Assembly (NCBI GenBank): GCA_002495905.1
Contig: DAHJ01000034.1
Location: 1 to 46,594, forward strand
From: Thaumarchaeota archaeon UBA223
Lineage (GTDB): Archaea; Thermoproteota; Nitrososphaeria; Nitrososphaerales; UBA57
DNA: 46,594 nucleotides
Direction: 5' to 3'
The translations under genes and the position numbers were made by a program. The notes under the pieces were generated by a model. The model did not search any database. It was not told the DNA's origin and saw nothing but the letters and a program-made list of their open reading frames with translations. This document shows, piece by piece, positions 1-9,938 of this stretch (its first letter is position 1; every line of letters starts with the position of its first letter).

Positions 1-1
1 G

Positions 2-388
2 AGACGTGATAATTATCAGAGGCGTGATTACAATTCATGGGATAGAGATGACACACCTGTTGAAAAGAATTTTTCAGAGGTTGAAGAAATGCCTGTTGAA
101 CTTGTTACTAAAGCAAAAGAAATATTAACAGAATTAGAAGGAAGTTTGGAAGCACATTTGTTTGATTCAAGTATGAATGAAGTACTAAAAGTACCTGTAA
201 ATGAATTAGTAAAGACTCTTGAAGATAGTAATGATTCAGAATATTTAATATTTGATGGGATTGTTACTGAGAGATTAATTGAACTAGCAGATACAAATGG
301 TATAAAATCAATAATTACAAACAGAATAGGAAACATAAAGAATAATAAAACTTCTTTAAAGATAGTTACATTTAATCAGATAAGATAA
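2..388 (+). CDS. dnaG: Archaeal DnaG-type primase/exosome-associated protein, C-terminal fragment (5' truncated by window)
   Basis: Frame is open from base 2 (RRDNYQRRDYNSWDRD...). LEGSLEAHLFD...VPVNELV...IFDGIVTERLIELA resembles the archaeal DnaG C-terminus. Confidence 0.8.
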   Translation, partial: RRDNYQRRDYNSWDRDDTPVEKNFSEVEEMPVELVTKAKEILTELEGSLEAHLFDSSMNEVLKVPVNELVKTLEDSNDSEYLIFDGIVTERLIELADTNGIKSIITNRIGNIKNNKTSLKIVTFNQIR

Positions 389-391
389 ACA

Positions 392-1459
392 ATGTTAATT
401 AATAGGCTTAGAAAAAAGCCTGGAATAGCTGTTGTAACACCTGAGAGTACTGAGGATTTATGGGTACTAAGGAGAATTCTAAAGAATGGAGATATAATTA
501 CTAGTCAAACAAAACGAGTAATAAAAAATCAGAAAGAATTTACAAGACCAGACAAAGGAGAAAGAATTAATGTCAAATTATCAATAGAATTAGAAAATAT
601 TTCCATAGATCAAGTATTAGAAAGAATTCGTGTTTCAGGTAAAATAACAGAAACAACAGATGATTCAATAAGCAAAGGATCATATCATTCATTGAATATA
701 ACATTAGGAAATTCTATTGCAATTTCAAAGAAAGAATTAGAAGACTTTCAGATTGGATTGTTAAAAAAGAGAGGTAAAAAATCAGATCGATATATAATTA
801 TTACAATAGATAGAAGGCAAGCAGGATTAGGACTAGTAACTGGGACTCATTTACGGGTTTTTCCTGACATTTTATCAGGTTTAGCCGGAAAGATGTATAA
901 AACAAAAGCAACGTTAGATACATTTTTTGAGGAATTAATAAAGAGTATTGCAAATATTGATGGAGATAATACAAATATTGTAGTAACAGGTCCTACGGAA
1001 GTAAAAAGATCATTCACAAATTATGTGGGAGAAAAGAAACAGAAAATTCATAAAAAAATTACAATAATTGATGGCATAGATTTAGCAGGACAAGAAGGAG
1101 TGTATATGGCTTTAAAACATCCATCGATTAAGGAATTTATGAAGAATTCAGAATTGTCTTCTGCATCGTTGGCAATAGAAGATGCAATAAATAGAATTTC
1201 TAAGAATGACAATAAAGTATCTTATAGTTTTAAGGATGTGAAAAAAGTTGCAAATATGGGAGCAATTGAAAAAGTTATGATATCAAGTAAAATTTTTGAG
1301 TTAATTGAAGAGGAAGAAATAATAATATTACTAGATGAAGTTGAAAAATATGATGGTCAAATCTATCTTTTAGATAGTTCTACAGAAGTAGGAAAGCAAA
1401 TAGATTCAGTTGGCGGAATAATATCATTATTAAGATATCCAGTCTATGATGTAGATTGA
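392..1459 (+). CDS. pelA: Pelota/Dom34 ribosome rescue protein
   Basis: PESTEDLWVLRRIL..GD, RIRVSGKI, GSYHSL, C-terminal GGIISLLRY; three-domain eRF1-like length. Confidence 0.93.
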   Translation: MLINRLRKKPGIAVVTPESTEDLWVLRRILKNGDIITSQTKRVIKNQKEFTRPDKGERINVKLSIELENISIDQVLERIRVSGKITETTDDSISKGSYHSLNITLGNSIAISKKELEDFQIGLLKKRGKKSDRYIIITIDRRQAGLGLVTGTHLRVFPDILSGLAGKMYKTKATLDTFFEELIKSIANIDGDNTNIVVTGPTEVKRSFTNYVGEKKQKIHKKITIIDGIDLAGQEGVYMALKHPSIKEFMKNSELSSASLAIEDAINRISKNDNKVSYSFKDVKKVANMGAIEKVMISSKIFELIEEEEIIILLDEVEKYDGQIYLLDSSTEVGKQIDSVGGIISLLRYPVYDVD

Positions 1460-1755
1460 ATCAACCAGTTTAAATAAGAATTATTAACATTATCAACTTC
1501 AAAATCAATAATTTCAGGAATATCATAACCATGTTTATCAGAAATAAAATTACGTAAATCAGAAACATTAGAACTTGTTGTTTTGAAAATTACAAGAAAT
1601 TCGTCAGAAGATTCTATAGAATTTTTCCATGTATAAATAGAATTAACAGGAAAGATATTAGCGCATGCGGCAAGTTTTTCTTGAACAACAGTATGGGAAA
1701 TTTCTTTTGCTTCTTCTAATGTAGAAAAGGTTGAGATAAGAATATTACATTTCAT
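1444..1755 (-). CDS. cutA: Divalent-cation tolerance protein CutA
   Basis: KLAACAN, SIYTW, HGYDIPEII, YLNW motifs. Confidence 0.93.
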   Translation of the reverse strand: MKCNILISTFSTLEEAKEISHTVVQEKLAACANIFPVNSIYTWKNSIESSDEFLVIFKTTSSNVSDLRNFISDKHGYDIPEIIDFEVDNVNNSYLNWLIQSTS

Positions 1756-1804
1756 AAAAAATAATATGTAAAACTATTGAATAAAGTTAATCTTATACGT
1801 GTAA

Positions 1805-2386
1805 TTAGATTAATGCGAATATTCCTTCACGAATGAGTTTAATTGCAACTGCCCCTATTAGGAGTCCCATAATTCGTGAAATTGCTTGTGAACCATCCTT
1901 GCCAAGGAATTTTAGTAAACCAGAACCAAGACGTATACTACACCAGCAGATAAAAATTGATATTATAATAACAAAGAATTTTAAGAATAAGCCAGACATA
2001 ACAAGAACAAAACTAATACTACCAGGACCTGCAAGTATCGGAATAGCTAGAGGGAATACCGCAAGATTAGTTTCAGAATTTTTTTGAAGATAATTAGTAT
2101 TACGGCCAAGGACATAATCAATGGAAAAAATAAGTAAAACTAGGCCGCCAATTAATTTTAGATCGTTCATTGTAATTCCAAGTAGAATTAGTAAATATTC
2201 TCCAAAAAAACCAAAACCAAGTAAGATAAAAGTTGCAATTATTGCTGATTTATTAACAGTAGAAATACGTTCTTTTTTAGATAATTTACTAGTTAATGAA
2301 GAAAACACAGGTATGTTACCTACAGGATCAAGAATAGCGAGAAGGGTAATTAATGATTGTAGAAAAATTATCAGGTTAATATCCAT
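1805..2386 (-). CDS. MarC family membrane protein
   Basis: DPVGNIPVF, AVFPLAIPILAGPGSI, RIMGLLIGAVA. ATG at 2386 preferred; GTG at 2398 is an alternative. Confidence 0.9.
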   Translation of the reverse strand: MDINLIIFLQSLITLLAILDPVGNIPVFSSLTSKLSKKERISTVNKSAIIATFILLGFGFFGEYLLILLGITMNDLKLIGGLVLLIFSIDYVLGRNTNYLQKNSETNLAVFPLAIPILAGPGSISFVLVMSGLFLKFFVIIISIFICWCSIRLGSGLLKFLGKDGSQAISRIMGLLIGAVAIKLIREGIFALI

Positions 2387-2457
2387 AATGTAGGTCACAC
2401 CTAACTAAATACATACTAAAGAATAAATCTATTTAGAAGATATAGGTAACGTATACT

Positions 2458-3393
2458 ATGGAAAATAAATGTACTAAATGTTCTGGAAATCCAGTTTATT
2501 TTAGAAAGTATTCAGGTGAGAGATTATGTTCAGAATGTTTTTCCAGTTCAATTATTGAAAAAGCGAGAAAAACCATAAAGAAACATAAAATGTTAAAATA
2601 TGGTGAAAAGATTGCAATTGGAGTATCAGGAGGAAAAGATAGTCTGGCATTACTTGATATTTTAGTAAAGATGCAAAGAGATAACGAATACGAATTAGTT
2701 GCAATAACAATTGATGAAGGAATTAAAAATTACAGAGATGAAGCAGTAGAATTGGCAATAAAAGCATGTAAGAAATATGATGTCAAACATGTTAATATGT
2801 CATTTAATGAATTATTCGGATTTACATTAGATAATGTTTTAGAAAACAGAAATGATGTAAAAACTACATCGTGTTCTATTTGTGGACCATTAAGAAGGAG
2901 AGGGATTGAATTAGCAGCTAAGAAGATCGGTGTAAACACAATAGCAACAGGGCATAATTTAGATGACATGTTACAAACTTTTATGATAAACCTATTGAGC
3001 GGTGATGTTTACAGAATTAAACAGTCAAAACCTTATTCAATGCCCAAAGAAGGTTTTGAATTTAAGAAAATCAAGCCATTTATGGAAATTTACGAGAATG
3101 AGATTGCATTTTATAGTTTTCAGAATAAATTACCTTTTCAATCTATAGATTGTCCACATATGAATGAGAATATTAGGAACGAATTGAGAGAAGTAGTAAA
3201 TAATCTCGAGAGCAACCATCCAGGTATAAAATTTAATTTAATGAAATCAATTGAAGATATAACAAAAAATATAGAACTAGACCCCAAGAAACTGGTTACA
3301 TGTTTAGTTTGTGGAAATAGTGCTTCAAGTAACCCTTGTAGTGTATGTAAAACAATTAGTTTGTCAGAAAAACTAACGAAATCAAGTTTGTAG
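2458..3393 (+). CDS. ncsA: tRNA 2-thiolation protein, NcsA/TtuA/Ncs6 family
   Basis: N-terminal CxxC...CxxC, PP-loop SGGKDS, CSICG, TGHNLDD, CPH, C-terminal CxxC...CxxC. Confidence 0.88.
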   Translation: MENKCTKCSGNPVYFRKYSGERLCSECFSSSIIEKARKTIKKHKMLKYGEKIAIGVSGGKDSLALLDILVKMQRDNEYELVAITIDEGIKNYRDEAVELAIKACKKYDVKHVNMSFNELFGFTLDNVLENRNDVKTTSCSICGPLRRRGIELAAKKIGVNTIATGHNLDDMLQTFMINLLSGDVYRIKQSKPYSMPKEGFEFKKIKPFMEIYENEIAFYSFQNKLPFQSIDCPHMNENIRNELREVVNNLESNHPGIKFNLMKSIEDITKNIELDPKKLVTCLVCGNSASSNPCSVCKTISLSEKLTKSSL

Positions 3394-3428
3394 ATACAAT
3401 TTGTTATAACTAGGTAACAATTTGTTAC
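3394..3428. promoter_or_regulatory. Tandem palindromic operator (TAAC-N5-GTTA type) upstream of the regulator gene
   Basis: Inverted repeat GTAACAA-T-TTGTTAC at 3414-3428; the core ACAATTTGTTA also occurs 21 bp upstream (3396 vs 3417). TATA-like TTTTATA boxes follow near 3433 and 3447. Confidence 0.6.
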
Positions 3429-3476
3429 TAACTTTTATAGTGAGAGTTTTATACCAGAAATTCCTACCTAAAGTAA

Positions 3477-4160
3477 ATGAGTTATGAGAACCAAGAAATA
3501 GGGGAATTACTAGATTTATTAGGAAATGATACAAGGCGTAGAATATTAGAATCTTTAGCAAATGAACCTAAGTATTTTATACAATTATCAAAGGAAATAG
3601 GAGTTAGTCAACAAGCAGTCTTAAAACATTTATTTTTACTTGAGAAATTTGGTTTAATTGAATCATTTAAAGCTAAAAGTAACCTAGCAGCTCCAGATAG
3701 GAAATATTTTCAATTAAATAGATCAGTTTACTTGAGTATAGGAATAACAGGAAATTCTATGGAGATTAGAATGGAAAACATAAAAGGGCCAAATAAATCT
3801 AAAGTAAAAAACAAGTCTGTAACTGAAAATAAGAGAAAATACATTCAACGGGATAAAGAAATAACAGATATCTTGAAAAAGACAAAACATAATCTTGAGC
3901 TTATCGAACAAAGAATGGAAGAAATAGAAAATGAGAAAATAGGTTTGTTAAAAGACAAACAGAAAATATTACAAATTGCCCATCAAGTAATAAGAGAGTC
4001 ATTAGAAGAGGATTTAGCGAGAAGAATTTTATACTCAAACCTAAATTCAAGAGATTCAACAGATATTGAAGAATTATCAGAGATATTAAACACTAGAGAA
4101 AAAGAGATTAAGATTATTGTAAAGAGATTAGAAGATAGATTTTCAGTAGATTTGATTTAG
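3477..4160 (+). CDS. ArsR-like winged-helix regulator, Phr/HSR1 heat-shock regulator type
   Basis: LDLLGNDTRRRIL...LSKEIGVSQQAVLKHL..LEKFGLIES...RKYF, then a coiled coil and a second HTH-like segment. Confidence 0.8.
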   Translation: MSYENQEIGELLDLLGNDTRRRILESLANEPKYFIQLSKEIGVSQQAVLKHLFLLEKFGLIESFKAKSNLAAPDRKYFQLNRSVYLSIGITGNSMEIRMENIKGPNKSKVKNKSVTENKRKYIQRDKEITDILKKTKHNLELIEQRMEEIENEKIGLLKDKQKILQIAHQVIRESLEEDLARRILYSNLNSRDSTDIEELSEILNTREKEIKIIVKRLEDRFSVDLI

Positions 4161-4161
4161 T

Positions 4162-4659
4162 TTATTGGTTAATTGGGGATACAACAATAGAAGTATACCC
4201 AGGAAGTTTTGAAGATGCAGTTTTTAGTGCACGTTTAGCTTCAGGAATATGTTTTTCATAGGTACGAATTTCATAAATTACAGAACCAATATTAACTCGT
4301 GCGGCATGGCCAACAGGTTTTCCATAAGCACGTCTCATACCTTCCTGTAGTCGATCTGCACCAGCTGCAGCAATCATTTTATTTTCGCTAATTATAGTAT
4401 GAGGATATAGTTTAACAGATAATTGATAATTAGTTTCTGGGATAACTTTATTCATTTTTTTATTTGCGCCAACTCTGGCAGCTTCAAGTGCATTATCACG
4501 AATTTGGCATTTTTCTTTAGCAACTAATTGTATTTTGACTTCGTAATCAGAATTACGTGCTCCAGTGTTAAAACGTGCAATTCTAACAGTAGGTGTGCCT
4601 GGAGCATATTTCTTACTCAGTGGCATACCGTTTGGAACTCTATAATTACGACCATTCAT
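4162..4659 (-). CDS. rpl10e: 50S ribosomal protein L10e (uL16)
   Basis: QIRDNALEAAR, ENKMIAAAGADRLQEGMRRAYGKP. Likely start MNGRNYR at 4659; the longer ORF-track N-terminus is spurious. Confidence 0.95.
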   Translation of the reverse strand: MNGRNYRVPNGMPLSKKYAPGTPTVRIARFNTGARNSDYEVKIQLVAKEKCQIRDNALEAARVGANKKMNKVIPETNYQLSVKLYPHTIISENKMIAAAGADRLQEGMRRAYGKPVGHAARVNIGSVIYEIRTYEKHIPEAKRALKTASSKLPGYTSIVVSPINQ

Positions 4660-4718
4660 TATAAGATATTCAAGATTAAGGATATAATTAAGTGTGTTTA
4701 AACAATTTGGAATACAAC

Positions 4719-5885
4719 ATGGATAGATTTCTAATAGTATTAGTAAATGAGGTTCTATCTCAAGCAGAATTAATAATAGCATTAACTAAATCAGGAATTA
4801 AGTTTCAGATATTAGAAAAAAATGAGACATTTGTAATTCTAGATGTGGAAAATAAGGAAGAATTAACGAATCTAGGCGGGATATACAAAATAGGTAAAAT
4901 AATTTGTTCGAGTAGTTCAGTAGAAGGAATATTAGAGAAAATAAGAAAAGATAGAAAATTAATTATGTTGGATGATAAACAACAATGGAACCTAAGTTAT
5001 TATTCAGATGAAATAATTAATATGGATATTTATGAGGAATTACAAAATGGTTTAGCGAGTTTAATAAAAGAAAATTCAACGAAAACGAAATTTATTAGAA
5101 ATAACATGAAATCAGAGAATTTTATAGAATTATCAGTAGATAAAGAAAAAAAGGATGCAATAAAAATATTGGTAGGGAAAAATAAAGAGAAATATTATGT
5201 TGCCGAGAACATAATCAGTATAAAATCTTCAAATTTTATTGACCGAGATTTAAGTAGACCATATCAAGATTCTCGAATTAGTTTATCACCAAGAACGGCA
5301 AGAATGTTAGTAAATATGTTAGGATTAGAAAAGGGTAAAACAATTTTAGATCCGTTTTGTGGAACGGGGACTTTTTTAATCGAGTCAATAATACAAGGAT
5401 ATAAAGTAATTGGAGTAGATAATAGAAAAGAATGTGTGGCAGGAACAAAAAAGAATCTTCTATGGATAATGAAAGAACAGAAACTAAATAATAAAATTAG
5501 ATATGTTAAACAAGATAATGCAGAGAAACTTTCTACCATCAATTCATTGTCAGTTGATGGAATAGTAACAGAACCAATTCTATTACCAAATTTTAAGAAT
5601 AATCCAAATTTTGAAATGGCAGAAAATGAATTAAGAAAATCAAAGGCAGTATATGAACACTCATTACTGGCAATGTATAGGGTTTTGAATAATAATGGAA
5701 AAGTATGCATAGTCACGCCTAGGATAAAAACAAGAGATAATCGATATATTACATTCAGTTTTAAAAAAATGTTAAAGAAAGCAGGATTTATTTTAGATGA
5801 TAGACTAAATGAACAGCCATTTGTAATGAAGCCATCTGGAGATCAGAAAGTCTTGAGAGAGATATGGTTATTAAAAAAGAGTTAA
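4719..5885 (+). CDS. Trm11/TrmG10-like tRNA guanine-N2 methyltransferase
   Basis: RP...SLSPRTARMLVN, ILDPFCGTGTFLIE, DGIVTEP; ATG at 4719. Confidence 0.72.
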   Translation: MDRFLIVLVNEVLSQAELIIALTKSGIKFQILEKNETFVILDVENKEELTNLGGIYKIGKIICSSSSVEGILEKIRKDRKLIMLDDKQQWNLSYYSDEIINMDIYEELQNGLASLIKENSTKTKFIRNNMKSENFIELSVDKEKKDAIKILVGKNKEKYYVAENIISIKSSNFIDRDLSRPYQDSRISLSPRTARMLVNMLGLEKGKTILDPFCGTGTFLIESIIQGYKVIGVDNRKECVAGTKKNLLWIMKEQKLNNKIRYVKQDNAEKLSTINSLSVDGIVTEPILLPNFKNNPNFEMAENELRKSKAVYEHSLLAMYRVLNNNGKVCIVTPRIKTRDNRYITFSFKKMLKKAGFILDDRLNEQPFVMKPSGDQKVLREIWLLKKS

Positions 5886-6583
5886 AATCGTTTCTCAAGA
5901 TGTAATTTAATTTTTTGAGCTAAACCTAACAGAATACTATTTTCTCTTGGAGAAGGTTTTGAACGTTTAAGAATATTGAAGAAACTTTTCTCGACTAAAT
6001 TAATTTTATGAGATGGCAGATCAAGTGTTCTTACAATATCAGAATATGCTTCTACAGTTCGATTAACTTCATGTTTATTTGCAATATCGCGTTCAATAAG
6101 TTCGTAATTTGTTAATTCATAAAGAACTATAGACAATGCATGGCTGATATTAAGAGTAGGATATTCAGAACTTGTAGGAATATTGATAATAAAATCAATT
6201 GATTGCATTTCTTCATTAGTTAGACCAGTAGTATCACGTCCAAATATAATACAGACTTTTTTACCAAAATCTTTGATAGATGAACGAATATCTGAAACGG
6301 CAATACTTTGACGAGGACTAAGACCACGATGACTAGTTATTGCAGTAGTGGCAATCAGAGTGTCAAAATTATTTAGATCGTCAAATTCAATATTTTGAAT
6401 ATTTTCAAGAAGGTCAACGGCATGAGATGCAAATGGACGTGCTTCCTCTATATTGACTTGAGAATTAACAACTAAGAGATTATGAAAGCCAAAATTTTTC
6501 ATAATGCGAGCTACATAACCAAGATTAATAGGATATTGTGGTTCAATTAGGCATATAGAGATTTCATCTTCAGAATTTGACAT
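5882..6583 (-). CDS. trmJ: SPOUT RNA methyltransferase, TrmJ type
   Basis: EPQYPINLGYVARIMKNFG, IFGRDTTGLTNEE, YPTLNISHA. Confidence 0.85.
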   Translation of the reverse strand: MSNSEDEISICLIEPQYPINLGYVARIMKNFGFHNLLVVNSQVNIEEARPFASHAVDLLENIQNIEFDDLNNFDTLIATTAITSHRGLSPRQSIAVSDIRSSIKDFGKKVCIIFGRDTTGLTNEEMQSIDFIINIPTSSEYPTLNISHALSIVLYELTNYELIERDIANKHEVNRTVEAYSDIVRTLDLPSHKINLVEKSFFNILKRSKPSPRENSILLGLAQKIKLHLEKRF

Positions 6584-6622
6584 TTATTAGATTTTCACAA
6601 TTAATAATCATCAAACAGATAA

Positions 6623-7165
6623 TTATTTTTTATGCATGATTTCAATGATGTATAATTCTTCAAAAAATAGTTTCTTTTTTAGTAATATATTTACAGAAAG
6701 TGATTCAGAAATAGTCTCGAGATATTTGTTTATGGGAGTGAGATTAGATTGCAGGAAGATTATTCTACCAGTTTTTTTTATTATATTAAGAGAGATTTCA
6801 AGCCATTCAATAGTTAATTCTAATCCAGTTTTTCCACCATCTGTAGCTCTATCAGTATAATTATCATGTGGAAGATAAGGAGGATTGAAAACGATTAGAT
6901 CAAAAGTTTCTGAATTAAACATATTTGGGCCATCTCCTAAGATTAAATCAACATTATTATGTAAATTGAGTTTTTGTAGAAATGAGATAGCATAATCAAT
7001 AGATTCTTGATTAATATCAATACCAACTACGTAATTATTATTAGAAGAGAGAGATTGAAGAATTATTCCAGAACCAATGCCAATTTCGAGGGTTTTGAGA
7101 TTATTTAGATTTACAATAGCTTTGAGTAATAATTCGCTGTCATCAGATGGTTGATATACGCTCAT
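6623..7165 (-). CDS. HemK2/Mtq2-family methyltransferase
   Basis: VYQPSDDSELL, LEIGIGSG, FNPPYLP, DGG. Confidence 0.88.
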   Translation of the reverse strand: MSVYQPSDDSELLLKAIVNLNNLKTLEIGIGSGIILQSLSSNNNYVVGIDINQESIDYAISFLQKLNLHNNVDLILGDGPNMFNSETFDLIVFNPPYLPHDNYTDRATDGGKTGLELTIEWLEISLNIIKKTGRIIFLQSNLTPINKYLETISESLSVNILLKKKLFFEELYIIEIMHKK

Positions 7166-7170
7166 GATAG

Positions 7171-7911
7171 TTATTCAACATTAAGAGATTTGACGAGTGA
7201 TACAATGATAGCTGGAGGAAATTCATGAATTCGTTTAGAGAGATCAAAATTATCGCTGCAATAAGATACGATAGATTCGTGTTGATTAAGGAGATTCAGT
7301 ATAGAACCAAGTTGTTTGCGTCGGAATGAAAATAGTTTTTTAATAATTAAGATTTCATTATTTGTCAATGTATTCCTTGATTTTATGACTGCAAGAGTAG
7401 AATTTATTTTGGGAGGAGGATGAAAAGCAGAAGGAGGGATTGTTTCAATAGGTTTGATATCAAGACAATATTGTGAAACAACACTAATTGATCTATAACT
7501 ATCACGATTAATAGCAGATATCAATTTATCAGTGAATTCTTTCTGTAAAATAACTGTAGCATTTTTGAATTTTTGATTGATTAACCAGTAAATAAAACGT
7601 TCAGATTCAGAATAAGGTAAACTAGAGACAAATATATCAAACTTACCTTCATAATTAAAACCGTCAATATTTAATAAAGTAAGATTAGAATATTTTGAGA
7701 GTTTAGTTAAAGAAGAATTATAGAGATTTGAATCAATTTCAGAGGATACAACGGATTTTGCTTTTTCGCAAAGATGTTTAGTGAGAATGCCATTACCAGT
7801 ACCGATTTCGTAAATGGAGTCATGAGAAGTTATTGACGAATTCTCAATGAATTTGTCAACAATACTTTCATTAACAAGAAAGTTTTGACCATAACGGTTT
7901 GTTAATTTCAT
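7171..7911 (-). CDS. rsmA: 16S rRNA dimethyladenosine transferase KsgA/Dim1
   Basis: GQNFL, EIGTGNGILT, SSLPY, AFHPPPKINS; sits in the conserved rpl21e-rpo4-DUF655-ksgA order. Confidence 0.9.
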   Translation of the reverse strand: MKLTNRYGQNFLVNESIVDKFIENSSITSHDSIYEIGTGNGILTKHLCEKAKSVVSSEIDSNLYNSSLTKLSKYSNLTLLNIDGFNYEGKFDIFVSSLPYSESERFIYWLINQKFKNATVILQKEFTDKLISAINRDSYRSISVVSQYCLDIKPIETIPPSAFHPPPKINSTLAVIKSRNTLTNNEILIIKKLFSFRRKQLGSILNLLNQHESIVSYCSDNFDLSKRIHEFPPAIIVSLVKSLNVE

Positions 7912-7925
7912 AAATATGTATCAAA

Positions 7926-8486
7926 CTAACTGCGAACAAATATATTTAATTTTGCGTCGCCAGATATTTCTTCCATTAAACGTTTTGCAATTAGTTGTTC
8001 TGGTTCTTTAAGATTAATACGAGTACTAATATCAGAAAATGATGAGAATGGTGTTTGTTCGCGTTCTTTTAGTATTTGACTAAGAAAGGTTTTACCAATA
8101 CCAGGTATCATTTCTAACGAGTGAAGTCTAGGAGTTACGGCGTGGGCATTATTAAAATAATTAACATAATAGCTTTCATTATCATTAACGATTAATTCAA
8201 GAATATCAGTAAGAGAAGTGAGTGATTCAGTAGTTAGTTTATCATAAGATAATTTTCCAAGAACACTAAGGATTTTAGAGCGTCCATCTTTACCAATACT
8301 AAGTTTTTCAGAAATCGAGAATGTTTCATCTTCGTTGCCGAGTAATTCAAGTATAGTAAGTCGTTCCATACCAATAGCCTGAATAATCATTCCATCACGT
8401 CCTTTTATAAGAGATGAACGACTATTTGGTCGATAATCTAATACATAAGCAAATTCTTCATATTTTTTATTCTGTGTTTGTGGCAT
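7926..8486 (-). CDS. DUF655 putative RNA-binding protein
   Basis: EEFAYVLDY, QAIG...LLEL, RLHSLEMIPGIGK helix-hairpin-helix, PFSSFSDI. Confidence 0.88.
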   Translation of the reverse strand: MPQTQNKKYEEFAYVLDYRPNSRSSLIKGRDGMIIQAIGMERLTILELLGNEDETFSISEKLSIGKDGRSKILSVLGKLSYDKLTTESLTSLTDILELIVNDNESYYVNYFNNAHAVTPRLHSLEMIPGIGKTFLSQILKEREQTPFSSFSDISTRINLKEPEQLIAKRLMEEISGDAKLNIFVRS

Positions 8487-8629
8487 AAGTTAACCTCGCA
8501 AAAGTATTTGTGTTATAATTATAGGATGTCGGAAAATGAGAAAATAAGATTAGTTGAGAAGTGGTTCATTCCTATCAATAGTATATATACGGACTTTGGC
8601 TTTAAACTTTGTTGACAAATTAACTGCGA

Positions 8630-8956
8630 CTATGAATAAGATTCTTGAGTTATAGAAAGGATCTTCTCAAGTTCTTCGGAAGGAATAAGCTTTTTCCAGG
8701 CGCTAGTAAAAACTCGTAATTCAGGAATAGTTTGTGGATTAACATTAAGAATTTCATATGCTTGCTCAAGAGTGACATATTCAGAAGAAGATAATTCTTT
8801 TGCAGCTTTATCAATTTTTTTATAATCAGAATCTGGGAAGTTCTTTACATAATCAAATGTTCGTTTTTGAATTTGATCCGCGTCATCTAAGTCAAGCTTG
8901 GCTAAAATATCTTTTACTTGAGCAACACTAATAATTGTAGACTTTTTTTTATTCAT
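8630..8956 (-). CDS. rpo4: RNA polymerase subunit Rpo4 (RpoF)
   Basis: QIQKRTFDYVKNF, NVNPQTIPELR; lies between rpl21e and DUF655. Confidence 0.85.
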   Translation of the reverse strand: MNKKKSTIISVAQVKDILAKLDLDDADQIQKRTFDYVKNFPDSDYKKIDKAAKELSSSEYVTLEQAYEILNVNPQTIPELRVFTSAWKKLIPSEELEKILSITQESYS

Positions 8957-8961
8957 AATAC

Positions 8962-9243
8962 CTATGCACCTTTTTGAAGTTTAATATGTTCAAAACGAGT
9001 AATAAGTTTTTTAGTTTTATTTCCCAGTTTAACATCAAGTTCTATAGAACGACGATTAACAGTCTTAACGACTCCAACATAACCTTGAAAACGACGATGA
9101 GGCATTCCTTTGACTTGTGCAGGATTAATATTAATAATCACTCTATCTTCAGGTTTATAGTCAATCATAAGATAACTTAATCCAGAGGGTCTCTTATGAC
9201 TAAGTACGGAACGAGATTTCCTTCTAAAACCTGCATGTCTCAA
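8962..9243 (-). CDS. rpl21e: 50S ribosomal protein L21e
   Basis: GFRRKSR, KGMPHRRFQG, EHIK; TTG start. Confidence 0.95.
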   Translation of the reverse strand: MRHAGFRRKSRSVLSHKRPSGLSYLMIDYKPEDRVIININPAQVKGMPHRRFQGYVGVVKTVNRRSIELDVKLGNKTKKLITRFEHIKLQKGA

Positions 9244-9263
9244 ATTATTCTCACATACCCTGA

Positions 9264-9932
9264 TTAGTCTTCATTAATAATTTTTGCTGTAGCGGCTGCA
9301 ATTAAACCACCAAGTATAGGAGCAATCCAATAGATATGATGGCTTTGTAAAGCACCTTCAACTCCATAAAGATATGAGATTATAGCAGGGCCAAATGAAC
9401 GAGCAGGATTCATTGATGCGCCAGTTATTGGACCACCAGCAAGAATATCAATTACAATAATCATACCAATAGCAAACCCATGCCAACCTTGTGTGGCTTT
9501 TTTGTTTACTGCAGTATTAAAGATCACAAGCACTAAAAAGAAAGTTAAGATGATTTCTACAATGAAAACTGTAGAATCAGATATTCCTGCACCTGGAAGA
9601 TTTGAACCGAGATTATTAGCAGTTATACTACTAGGTAGAATTAATGCATGAGCAATAGCTGCGACTACACCAGCTGCAAGTTGACTAACAATATATGCAA
9701 TACCATTCTGAGTGTCAATTTGTTTTCTATAAATCATAGGTATTGTAACAGCAGGATTTAAATGAGCGCCAGAAACATGACCAAATGAATAAACCATAAC
9801 AGCGATAATTAAACCATGAGCAAAAGCAACTTGAAGAAGGGAAGCAGCATGTGCAATGGCAAGACTTCCAAAGAAGACTAAAGCATAAGTACCGATGAAT
9901 TCAGCAACACAAGCTCGTATATTAATAGCCAT
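9264..9932 (-). CDS. MIP family aquaporin
   Basis: AEFIGT, SGAHLNPAVT and GASMNPARSFGP (two NPA boxes), YWIAP; ATG at 9932. Confidence 0.95.
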   Translation of the reverse strand: MAINIRACVAEFIGTYALVFFGSLAIAHAASLLQVAFAHGLIIAVMVYSFGHVSGAHLNPAVTIPMIYRKQIDTQNGIAYIVSQLAAGVVAAIAHALILPSSITANNLGSNLPGAGISDSTVFIVEIILTFFLVLVIFNTAVNKKATQGWHGFAIGMIIVIDILAGGPITGASMNPARSFGPAIISYLYGVEGALQSHHIYWIAPILGGLIAAATAKIINED

Positions 9933-9938
9933 AATCAA

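Noticed and set aside
4660-4782. N-terminal extensions of rpl10e and the trm11-like ORF implying overlap
   Set aside because: Conserved sequence begins at 4659 and 4719, leaving an AT-rich divergent promoter.
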